Under the pieces are notes generated by a model that searched no databases, was not told where the DNA came from, and worked only from the letters and a program-made list of their open reading frames with translations. A DNA stretch of 62,876 nucleotides, the filler included, from Nemertoderma westbladi (lineage: Eukaryota; Animalia; Xenacoelomorpha): assembly GCA_032718475.1 (NCBI GenBank). It is 3 parts of 3 records of this genome, joined end to end, with 100 filler letters (N's around TTAATTAATTAA, not from the genome) between each part and the next. Parts side by side here need not be neighbours in the genome. Positions count along the whole stretch, not along the records: positions 31,851 to 50,967 come from JAUCBJ010006553.1; positions 51,068 to 62,876 come from JAUCBJ010008992.1; 1 more part is not named here. One strand, given 5' to 3'. Position 1 is the first letter of the stretch. Every line of letters starts with the position of its first letter. Position numbers and translations under genes: made by a program. Positions 42,972 through 54,009 of this stretch are shown in pieces.

Positions 42972-45200
42972 AAGTGGGTGAGTGGGAAGGTAGGGAGATG
43001 GGAAGGTAGGTGGGTGGGAAGGTGGGTGGATGGGAATCTGGGAAGATGGGACTGTGGGAAGGCGGGTGGGAATGTGGAAGGTGGGTGGGAAGATGGGAAT
43101 GTGGGAAGGTGGATGGGAATGTTGGAAGATGGGTATGTGGGAACCTGGATAGGAATGTGGGAAGGTGGGTGGGAAGATGGGAATGTGTGAAGGTGGATGG
43201 GAATGTGGAAAGATGGGAATGTGGGACGGTGGGTGGGAAGATGGGAATGTGGGTGGATGGGAATGTGAGTAGATGGGATGGTGGGTGGGAAGATGGGAAT
43301 ATTGGTATGTGGGTGGATGGGAATGTGGAAAGATGGAAATGTTTGAAGGTGGGTGGGAATGTAGGAAGATGGGAATGTGGGAAGATGGGTGGGAAGGTGG
43401 GTGGGAAAGTGGGAAAATGGGAATGTGGGTGGGAAGATGGGAATGTGGGAAGGTGGATGGGAATGTTGGAAGATGGGAATGTAGGAAGATGGGAATGTGG
43501 GAAGGTGGATCGGAATGTGGGTGGGTGGGAACATGGGAATATGGGAATGTGGGTAGGTAGATGGGATGTGGGAAGGAGGATGGGAATGTGGGAAGGTGGG
43601 TGGGAAGATCGGAATGTGGGTGGACTGGAATGTGGGAAGATGGGAAGGTGGGTGGTTAGATGGGTATGTGGGAAGATGGGAATGTGGGTGGATGGGAATG
43701 TGGACAGATGGGAATGTGGGAAGGTGGGTGGGAATGTAGGAAGATGGGAACGTGGGAAGATGGTGGGAAGGTGGGTGGGAATTTGGGAAAATGGGAATGT
43801 AGGTGGGAAGATGGAATGTGGGAAGTAGGATGGGATTGTTGGAATTTGGGAATGTGGGAGGATGGGAATGTGGGAAGGTGGATGGGAAGATGGGATGTGG
43901 GAAGGTGGATGGGAATTTGGGAAGGTGGGTGGGAATGTAGGAAAATGGGAATGTGGGAAGATGGGAATGCGGGTGGATGGAAACGTGGGAATGTGGGAGG
44001 TTGGGGATATGGGAAGGTGGATGGAAGATGGGATGTCGGAAGGTGGATGGGAATCTGGGAAGATGGGAAGAAGGGTGGGTGGGGAGATGGGTATGTGGGA
44101 AGATGGGAATGTGGGTGGATGGAAATGTGGGTGGGAATGTAGGAAGATGGGAATGCGGGAAGATGGGTGGCAAGGTGGGTGGGCATGTGGGAAAATGGAA
44201 ATATGGGTGGGAAGATGGGAATGTGGGAAGGTGGATGGAAAAGTTGGAAGATGGGAATGTGGGAAGATGGTAATGTGGGAAGGTGGATGGGAATGTGGGT
44301 GGAATGGGAATGTTGGAAGATGGGAATGCGTGAAGATGGGAATGTGGGTAGGTGGATGGGAATGTGGGTGGATGGGAATGTGGGTGGATGGGAATGTGGG
44401 TGGATGGGAACGTGGGAATATGGGAATGTGGGAAGATAGTAATGGTGGATGGGAAGATGGGATGTGGGAAGGTAGATGGGAATGTGGGTGGATGGGAACG
44501 TGGGAATATGGGAATGTGGGAAGGTGGGTGGGAATGTAGAAAGATGGGAATGTGGGAAGATAGGAATGTGGGAAGGTGGGTGGGAATGTAGAAAGATGGG
44601 AATGTGGGTGGATGGGAACGTGGGGAGGTGGGTGGAAAGGTGGGTGGGAAGGTGGATGGGAATGTGGGACGGTGGAGGAGAAGGTGGGTGGGAGTGTAGG
44701 AAGATGGGAACGTGGGAAGGTGGATGGGAAGATGTGAATGTGAAAAGGTGTGTGGGAATGTGGGGAGATGGGAATGTGGGAAAATGGGAATGTGGGTCGG
44801 AAGATGGGAATGTGGGAAAGTGGATGGGAATTTTGGTGGATGGGAAGATGGGAATTTGGGAAGGTGGATGGAAATGTGGGAAGGTGGGTGGGAATGTGGG
44901 GACGTGGGTGGGAAAGTAGGGTGATGGGAACGTGGGAACATGGGTGGATGGGAATGTGGGTGAATGGGAACGTGGGAAGGTGAAATGGGAAGATGGGAAG
45001 GTGGGTGGGAATGTAGGAAGATGTGAATGTAGGAAGATGGCTGGATAGGTATGTGGGAAGATGGGAATGTGGGTGGCAATATGGGAATATGGGAAGGTGG
45101 TGAGAATGTGGCAAGGTTGATGGGAATTGTAGGAAGCTTGATGGGAATGTGGGAAGATGGATGGGAATGTAAGAAGGTGTGTGAATGGGAAGTGGGAAGC
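42972..45200 (+). repeat. G-rich compound tetranucleotide satellite, unit 3, expanded to ~2.2 kb
   Basis: Same words as units 1 and 2, with almost no C on the plus strand. Confidence 0.96.
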
Positions 45201-47324
45201 TGGCAAGAGAGTTGTTTATTGTTTTGGTTAGAAAATACAGCCTCGGTAACATGCTCCTTTTCCTCAATTGGTAGGTATCTACAACGTTTATTGATTTGGA
45301 TAGAATAGCACAACCATGTATGTTAAACAAGCGTTATTACTGCTGCTGCACTGCCGCTAAACACAAAATTGCTTTTTACCGCTGGATGGCGCTAACCAGG
45401 CCGTCCGCTAATATGTTTTACTAATTTTATACGGCTCCTACGAAATCGCTTGCTCCTTTCTCTACCGATCGCTCGACGGAGAGCTAACTGTTCGAATCTA
45501 TGAGCCACGCGGGAATAACCAAAACAATAAACCCGAATCGCTACTTAAAATGAGTGTGGGTGGCTACCCTCGGCGCGTTCACTTATCGCAAATACTGGAA
45601 TTCGCTAGCAAAATTGTTGAATGTGAGAATGTTTTAATAACCTAATGACCTACCGGGACCAGTTGTGGTACTTTATTTTGGGGTCTAAACTTGCCTTTGG
45701 CTGGCTTTAGGCCTGCAACTTACTACTGTATACTGGATGCTGCTATCAGCCTGTTGCCCCGCTATTTTCAAATAACCGCCTAGCGTGAATAGTCTACAGT
45801 ATTCTAAACAATTACTTAAACTACTCTCCGCTATGCTGCGTACAAATTCTTATTTTATTTTATCGCTAAATTAATTACAGACATAAATACGGAATAGCGT
45901 ACTAATTACTAGATGTTCCAGAATACGTAGTTCTAATTATTACGTACTGAGTTATACTAGCAACAGCCTAAATACTGTATTATTTTGACCTAATCAGCAA
46001 TCATTAAAGCATAAACTAAGAAATAGAAATCAATCAAAGAAACAGCGCCTATCTAAGCATTCACAATTAAGAATCAGGCACACTTTAGCAACAACACAAA
46101 TTAGCGTAGCAATTAGCTAGTAGTACGGTACTGCATTAACTACCAGTCAGCTAGTGCACTAAAACCACACAGTAGCGTATCAGTATACCAGTATAGTGTG
46201 CAATTAGCAGTGTAAGACACGAAGGTCACCCCGGCTACATATAGGCTTCCTAACAAACCCCAAGTCCTGCCCCCTAACACTACAAAGTAGAGACAAAATC
46301 TGGATCATCAGCCCCTTAATACTGTACCGACGGTAGGTCTTCGGTCCCCACTGACTACCTCCCGACCGCAATGGTGACCCCCCGCCAGCATTGCCCTGTT
46401 TTGAATCCTCTGCACTCCCTTCGTCGCTTCCTCCCGGTTTGCCCGCCGTTCCTACCGGTACCTTAGCCCTCCATTAGAACAAATAGCTACCGTAGAGGCG
46501 CATGCATTCGCAAACAGTCTGACAGTCTAAAAGAAATCCTGTAGGATTATCGCATCTCAAATCACATAGAAGTCAGTAATCAAAGGTGGGAATCATTGTT
46601 CGAAATTGTGATTTGCAGTAATCATTGATAATTAAGAAAGAACAGCAAAGAATTCAAAGCAGAAATTACAAAAGCACAATATACAAAAATTGCAGAAATC
46701 GAGAACAAATTACAGAATATTAAGAAGGATTACAGTGAAATTGAGACTAAGATAATTACAGGTAGCACATACCGGAAGCACAGCCAATTTATAGGTGATG
46801 CACTAGGGATGACGCAATAATCGTCTCATTGGCTCAGCAACCCACGCTACCATTAGACCAACCTGGAACAGCTGGGCCAATAAGGAAGCCGGATTGTGAT
46901 CCTCCGGGCTTCCAAATCGCAAATTATTACCATATATGGTAATGGAATGCCTCCTGGGTTGCTGGCCCTAACATTAATTTCGCGATTATTAAAGTACATT
47001 AAGCACAATCTAATATAAAGCCAATTTAAAGACAATTATAAACGGAAATCAATGCAAATACACGTTAATTCAATTAATACTAATAAACAGCAAGCTCATA
47101 TCAAGGTATTTATAGGAAACTTGCTACCGTAGATGTTATTTATTAATGTTTTATTACAAAATTACGTACGCAGGGCTACATACTATACAAAATGGATAAG
47201 ATCTATAAACGTGGATATTTTATTTTCCCTATCTAATTATGGCTGTACGTCATTATGACTTATCTAAATATTCTATACTGTATAATGGGCTGATAATAGT
47301 ACACAGCGCCATATATCGTAACAA

Positions 47325-47970
47325 TGTAACCTGCTCCTTTCCTACAATTGGTGTGTAACAACATCGTTTATTGTTTTCGTTAAAATAGCTCGCCCCTGTA
47401 ATCTTCTCATTTCCCTCCATTTATAGGTAACAACAACTTATATTGTTTTCGTTAGAAAAGCGAAACCATGTAACCAATGCCAACACAGTTTATTGTTTTG
47501 TTTATGAGATAGGTAACATCAACAACGTTTATTGTTTGGTTAGAAAAGCCCGATTCTATAAACTGTTTTATTCTCTGAAATAGTAACATCAACATCGATT
47601 ATTGTTTTGGTTTGGAAATCCCACTGCTGTAACCTTACTCCTTTCCTTCAATTGGTAAGTAAAAACAACGTTTGTTGTTTTGGTTAGAAACCCCCGAAAC
47701 AGTAACATGCTACTTTCCCTCAATTTCTGGGTAACAACATCATTTATTGTTTTGGTTAGAAAATGCTGCCGCTGTAACCTGCTCCTTTCCTTAAATTGTT
47801 AGGTAACAACATCGTTTATTGATTCCCACATTCCCATCCATCGTCCCACATTCCCATCCATCTTCCCACATTCCCACCCATCTTCTCACATTCCCATCCA
47901 CCTTCCCATCCATATTCCCTTATTCCCACCCACCTTCCCATCTCCTCACTTTCCAATTGGTAGGTGACAA
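47325..47970. repeat. Degenerate ~65-bp tandem array of a dispersed motif, with an embedded C-rich satellite patch (47823-47950)
   Basis: Repeated GTAACCTGCTCCTTTCC...AATTG...AACAACATCGTTTATTGTTTTGGTTAGAAA. Confidence 0.8.
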
Positions 47971-48810
47971 CATCTATTATTATTATTATTAAAAGTTACA
48001 GGAACAAGAAAGTTGAGAACTTATAGGGTCCCATAAATCACGACATGTAAGCGGAAATTAAACTTAAAAAATATAAGAATTATTCAAAACATTTAAACAA
48101 CACAATAAGGTAGAATGCAACATACATTTAGCATTTACGGCACGTCTCCATAATACAATAAAATGGCGCAACGTAAATAAAAGTTTATATATCACGTGGA
48201 CTATCTATATAAAATAGATAAAAATTAATGGCATACAAGTAATCTATACAGTGTTAACAGAATAAGATTATTGGCTGTATAATGTACAGTACAACGTAGT
48301 GGTAGATAAATAATTAAAGTGGGATTGCACAACATGTGAGTAAAATAGAACAACTGGGAACTGTGATTCCGGAATGTGTGACAGCATAACAATACGATAT
48401 ACATACATTGTATAACTACTGGAAAATTGAATAAAATAGGTACAATAGTAAGGTAAAACAGTACAAATTCATTAAAAAAAAAGGTAAGAACAACAACTGA
48501 GAATGGAAAATTAAATAAAACAGATACAGTACAATAGTAAAACGGTACAAATTCATGAAGATAAAAGATTAATGCTAACAGATTGCATAGCATGTGAGTA
48601 AAAATAGGGCAACTGGGGAAATACGATATACATTTTTTAACCAATGGGAAAATTAAATAAAATAAGTAGTAAAGTAAAACGGTACAAATTCAATTTAAAA
48701 AAAAGCGGTCAAAAAAAACTAAAGTTTAAAATAAGATTAATAAAATATACGTCTAAATAAGATTTACAGTAATTATGAGTTAGTTAGATAGATTGATTAT
48801 GTGAACAAGT

Positions 48811-49551
48811 GGATTAGATTAGATTAATTCCACCAGGATGGGTAGAACTTAGTAGCAAAGATGTAGTGGTCATTTAAGTTCGATTTGAATATATTCACAC
48901 TTGGGGAAGTAACAACCACATCAGGAAGAGCATTCCAGGGAGATATGACTCGGAAGTGGAACGAATCGGCCCGGATTTTCAGACGGACGATCGGTTTGGT
49001 GAGTTTTAAAGAGTTACCGCGACAGACAGTTGACGATAAGGAGAAGAAACTCTGCCAATCGACAGCATCAACACCCGTTAGCATGCGATATAATTGAATA
49101 AGGTCCGCGCGAGAACGTCGGTATTCCAGAGTAGGTAGTCCCAAGCGACGCATTCGCTCCGGATATGGGAGGTCACGAAGGCCCGCTACCAAACGGGTAG
49201 CCCGACGTTGGGTAGACTCAAGTAGGCGGCTTTCTCCTACATGGCTGGGTGACCTAACTGGAGATGCGTATTCCACACAAGGTCGGACAAGTGACTTATA
49301 GAGACTAATGAACATGTCTTCATTGAGGTGATTAAAGCTTCTATATACTAGCCCCAGAACCTTATTTGCCTTCTTCACGATAGTGGCTATGTGCAATGAG
49401 AACTGGAGAGAATCATCTAAGATCACACCCAAGTCTTTCTCTGTTTCGGTTGTCTCCGGTGTGTGTGACCCGAGGGTGTAAGTGTACCTGGGGTTAGAGC
49501 GACCAATATGCATTACCTTGCATTTATTATGATTAAATAATAATTGCCATA
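48811..49551 (-). mobile_element. 5'-truncated CR1-clade LINE (ORF2 C-terminus)
   Basis: KCKVMHIG, EKDLGV, LYKSLVRPCVEYAS, QRRATRLV, RGNSLKL and WNALP motifs, with a (TAATC)n tail right after the stop. Confidence 0.92.
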
Positions 49552-50726
49552 AATTTTAGTTAGCCATAAAAACTTTTGAAAATTTTAGAAAAATACTGGA
49601 GATGGGTATCAGAAAGGGAGTACAGCACAAAAACTAACATAGCTATATAAATGGCGTTTGCGATGTTGGATAGCCCATTAAATTTTAGGAAACTAGTAAA
49701 ACTAGGTATAGTAAAAGCATAATTGTAGGCTATAAGTCATGTTTAGAGTCATTATTGTATTGTAGATCATAGAGATAGACTGTTTTGGCAAATAAAAATG
49801 AATAATTAGTAGATATTGAATCCAACCGAATACAACGTGACAGAATACACAGAGATAGAATATAATACACAGATAGACGGTTTCGGGTTCGGCATAAAGG
49901 AAACCATAAATTCAAACTTAGTGTTTAATTCCAAATCAATCTAAGTAAGTGGTTTTGGGATTTACTATTATTGCCAGATGTTGAGATAGACGGTTTTGGC
50001 AAAAATATAACTCATTAGGACTTCATAATTACGTCTTAAGACTTGGCTAGAAAGATGCGCCTCGTTATTCTGATTCCAAATATTTTTTATGCAGGTTACT
50101 TTTCGAAAAAAATTTACGTAGACGGTTTTGGCATGTAAGGGCCGAATACTTCTACAGTATGTCTATCAGTCTATCTGACGTGCTGTCTGCTTCACATGTT
50201 GTCCGACCTCTTAGGCAACACGTTTCTACTTTACTGTAAATAAGCTTCACTTATTTTCATTGTTTATTTAATTTTTATTATTATTTTTACAAATTTAGAA
50301 GATTTATTTTTCTGTTTATTTATATTTTACTGTACATCACATTGTTAGCTTACTTTGTGCTTTACTGGTTTTGTTTATAGTTTGTTTTACTATATGGCTT
50401 TGGCTGTAATAAATATAAATAATAATAATACAAATTTCCTTTCTTTTCATGTCACTTTAAGGGCTCCGCAAAAAAACCACAGATACACCAAAGTTCAGGT
50501 TAAGTCAGAAAATCGCGTAAAATCGCGACTCTAGTGCTTGGGATATGCCTGGTTCGAAGTGAACAAAAGTGTAATACACAGTCACGGAACTCACGGAAAG
50601 TACCTACATATAACTACAGTAGGTTAGGTTAGGTAAATCATTCACACTAATATTACCCATGTACAGTAATATACACCCTCACCCACAAGTAATACCTGAG
50701 TGTAGTAATCCACTTAAACTCCTCAG

Positions 50727-50967
50727 GATATCTGGTCTGTGGAACTCCTACGATCGTATGGCCGGCGAATCTAGCAGCTCGGAACGGCCACATTCAGTGA
50801 CGTCATCTCGTACGGTTTCACCGACGTTCCATCTGGGCGAATCCGCGAAGACGTTTGGAAACGCCGAGGTTCTAACGCGTCGTCGGTTCGGTCGACTTCG
50901 GCCCCCCCCACCGCGATCCGTAGGTAGAGGATTCGGTTCCGACACGCGTCGATTACGTCCGGCGGCC
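50727..50967. other. CpG-rich, probably coding segment cut by a gap; strand unresolved
   Basis: Open on plus after a ctcctcAG acceptor (ISGLWNSYDRMAGESSS...) and open on minus as a plausible C-terminus (...KPYEMTSLNVAVPSC*). No recognisable domain. Confidence 0.3.
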
Positions 50968-51067
50968 NNNNNNNNNNNNNNNNNNNNNNNNNNNNNNNNN
51001 NNNNNNNNNNNTTAATTAATTAANNNNNNNNNNNNNNNNNNNNNNNNNNNNNNNNNNNNNNNNNNNN
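50968..51067. other. Scaffold gap with artificial six-frame stop linker
   Basis: 44 N + TTAATTAATTAA + 44 N. Confidence 0.97.
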
Positions 51068-51456
51068 TGGAAGAGGAGGAAGATGAGGATGTGGCGGCTG
51101 AAATAGCGAAGGAGAATGAAGCAATATTGGTGGCTATGTATGCGAGGGAGAAAGAAGAAGCGCGGTTGGAGAGGTTGTTAAATCCGAGAAACAAGTGGGA
51201 GGAGATAGAGAAGAACCATTATTTGGAGGAAGAGGCGAGAAAGAACAGCGCGTGGGGTGAAGATTGGGAGTTGGAGATGGAGGCTGAGGGGGTTAGGAGA
51301 GCGAGGGAAGCTGAGAGGTGTGGGCAGGAGAAGGTGATGAAAGAAAGGATTGAGATGTTAGAAGGAATGATGGAGGTGTTGGGTGATGGTGGTGGTGGTG
51401 GTAATGGTAATAATGCGGTGGATGTAGATAGCGAGGATAGTGGGATAAATGGGTGA
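51068..51456 (+). CDS. Glu-rich ORF fragment of unknown origin, truncated by the gap
   Basis: Open from the gap edge to TGA, purine-rich and helical-looking (EEARLERLL, WEEIEK, WELEME). No recognised family. Confidence 0.3.
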
Positions 51457-51544
51457 GGTGGTGGAAGAAATTTTAAAATAGTAATGGTGATGGATTTAAG
51501 TATAATAATCAAATTTGTTGGTATAATGATAATATTATAAATAC

Positions 51545-52065
51545 AATAACCTTACTTCGCCGTAGCTCGCCCCACAACTCATTAATGGCGCCCATATGCT
51601 AAGGCTTCACTCGCTTCATGGCTCGCCCCATTTTTTCAATGTTGGAAAGGAATGAAGGGGATGTCGGGTGATGGTGGTAGTGGTAATGATGTTGTGGATG
51701 AGGAAGAAGATTGGGCAGATGGTGATAGCGGGATAAGCGGGTGGGGTGGTGGGAGAAATTTTTAAATAAAGCGGCGTCGGATTTAAGTAAATGATCAAAT
51801 TAAAATAACCTTACTTCGATGCTATCACTCACTTCATGGCTCGCCCCATAGGTAGAATAATCAAATTAAAATAATATTATAAATACTATAACCTTATACT
51901 CACTTCGTGGCTCGCCCCACAACTTGTTGCGTAGTGATAAGTATAAATACAATAACCTTACTTCGATGCTATCACTCACTTCATGGCTCGCCCCCATAGG
52001 TAGAATAATCAAATTAAAATAATATTATAAATACCTTATTCTCACTTCGCGGCTCGCCCCCACAA
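51545..52065. repeat. Clustered direct repeats of AACCTTA...CACTTC(A/G)TGGCTCGCCCCA
   Basis: About six copies of the GCTCGCCCC end motif with shared spacers. Confidence 0.75.
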
Positions 52066-52327
52066 CTTATTGCTTGACAATATTGGTAGCCGCCGTTAGT
52101 CTGTGTTTATTCACCTTTTTTAGTTGTTGCGTCTGTAATAGTCTATCATGTTAAAGACTTTTATAACAAACGTCTGCGACCCACTTACTATATTGGGTTT
52201 TACCTATTGCAGTTCAAGGTCAAACGCCAACCGGTAGACGCGAATTAATTAAATTACTTCCGTCTGCGAACTGGCCTTATACCACATATGTCACATATAC
52301 ACAGTGGTGACATATGTTACATATGCA

Positions 52328-52470
52328 CAATGGTAACCATGGTAACCATAGTAAGTGGGTGGGGCAACAATGGTAATCATAGTAAGTAGGCGGGGTAAGA
52401 ATGATAACCACGGTAACCATAGTAAGTGGGTGGAGCAACAATGGTAATTATAGTAAGTAGGCGGGGCAAG
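52328..52470. repeat. ~30-bp degenerate tandem repeat (ATGGTAACCATAGTAAGTGGGTGGGGCAACA)
   Basis: Four imperfect copies visible. Confidence 0.75.
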
Positions 52471-52769
52471 AGCCGTTCAGCAAATTCTTTAACATGGTAG
52501 ACTATGGCAGACACTGTCTTAATCCTGGTGTTTACCATACTACTCGTATAGCCAATATAAGTAAAAGTAGACTATCAGCCAATCATTACAAAATATTATA
52601 TTAACAAATACCATCCTGACAAGTGTCTCTAACAACAATATTATATTATTGTCAGTTACATATTTTTCAGTTTATGAATTATTTCTTTAGAGTTAATACC
52701 ACAATTACGAAATATAACCTTCTCCAATTGATAACTGCACTAAGAAATCCTAAATAAATAATTGATTAC

Positions 52770-52910
52770 CTTGGCATATCTGTGGATTAGCGGTTGGTAT
52801 GAAACCAGGTTTACAATCACATTGGTAGCTTCCCGCAATGTTTGTACAATTTCCATTTGTAGTGGCACTTTCAATGCATCCGTGAGTACCAGCAGTGCAC
52901 TCATCTTCAT
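52770..52910 (-). CDS. Calcium-binding EGF exon, copy 1 (DEDECTAGTHGCIESATTNGNCTNIAGSYQCDCKPGFIPTANPQICQ)
   Basis: 141 bp, phase 1-1, ctacAG/GTAATC. Six Cys and the cbEGF consensus DxDEC...CxNxxGSYxC. Confidence 0.88.
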
Positions 52911-53517
52911 CTGTAGATTAAATTTTTAATAATGATTTTATATTATTGTGGTAATAATTTATTGCAATTAGCAGTGGGGACTTAATAAACACCGAAAAAT
53001 AATTACTAGTATTATCCCAATATTCTCTATGTAAATATTATGCTGATATAAACTGAACCAATGACTTCAATCCGGTATAATAGCTTGAGGTAGAAATCAT
53101 TATTTAATTTAATTAGTTATTTGTAAATTATGAAGAAAAACCCTTACTGTCAGTTGGTAGGTATGTAAAACCAACACAAATCTCATTGATCAAATCACAG
53201 ATGCCACATGATCAATAGTTGCATACAACTAATATGTTAATGGTATTGATCATCACCAAAATATCATTCAAAAGATTTCTCAACTTGTTCCTAAAACTCA
53301 TTAAACTACTTTGAAACACACTTCAGCGCGAAATACCATTAAAATGTTTTTTAGAACTTAGCTGAACAGAAAACTCACTACATCTACTTTTCATTGCAAA
53401 AATCTCATGAGAACTATTTTAGAGCTTTTCTGAAACTTATTATAACTACTTTGCAACCATGGCTGAAAAGATTTTAAACAACTTTTTTGTGCTAAGTAAA
53501 GCCAATTAATTGATTAC

Positions 53518-53658
53518 CTTGGCATATCTGTGGATTAGCGGTTGGTATGAAACCAGGCTTACAATCACATTGGTAGCTTCCCACAATGTTTGTACAATTT
53601 CCATTTGTAGTGGCACTTCCAATACATCCATGAGTACCAGCAGTGCATTCATCTTCAT
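53518..53658 (-). CDS. Calcium-binding EGF exon, copy 2
   Basis: 141 bp, open, AG/GT intact. Differs from copy 1 by 4 synonymous and 2 replacement changes (manual count). Confidence 0.85.
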
Positions 53659-54009
53659 CTATTTATTATAATTTATAATAATGATTTATATTATTGTGTG
53701 ATAATTAATTGAAATTAGCAGTGGGGACTTAATAAAAACCGACAAATTATTACATATATTAATTCAATATTCTCTATGTAAATATTATGCTTATATAAAC
53801 TGAACCAATAACTTCAATCAGATATAAAAGCTTGAGGTAGAAATCATTATTTAATTTAAATATTTATTTGTAAATCAGGAAGAAAAACCTTACTGTCAGT
53901 TGGTAGGTATGTAAAACCAACACCAATCCTATTGATCAAATCACAGATGCCACATGATCAATAGTTGCATACAACTAATCTGTTCATGTATTTATTATTA
54001 TTACATCAA

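Larger units (their letters stand above)
35195..45200 (+). repeat. Three tandem ~1.7-kb units (MITE right end, tRNA-Lys, spacer, truncated tRNA head plus element end, G-rich satellite)
   Basis: Units start at ~35195, ~36898 and ~38590 and have near-identical spacers. Unit 3 is enlarged by an RTE, a 2-kb insert and satellite expansion. Confidence 0.92.

Noticed and set aside
36300-45330. Long Pro/His/Ser/Thr-rich and Gly/Trp-rich ORFs (up to 810 aa)
   Set aside because: All three minus frames are open because the satellite vocabulary lacks stop codons. No evidence of coding constraint.
46480-46820. Coiled-coil-like remnant (KEFKAEITKAQ...IENKLQNIKKDY) as LINE ORF1 or a host exon
   Set aside because: Short, interrupted by stops, with no diagnostic motif or boundaries.
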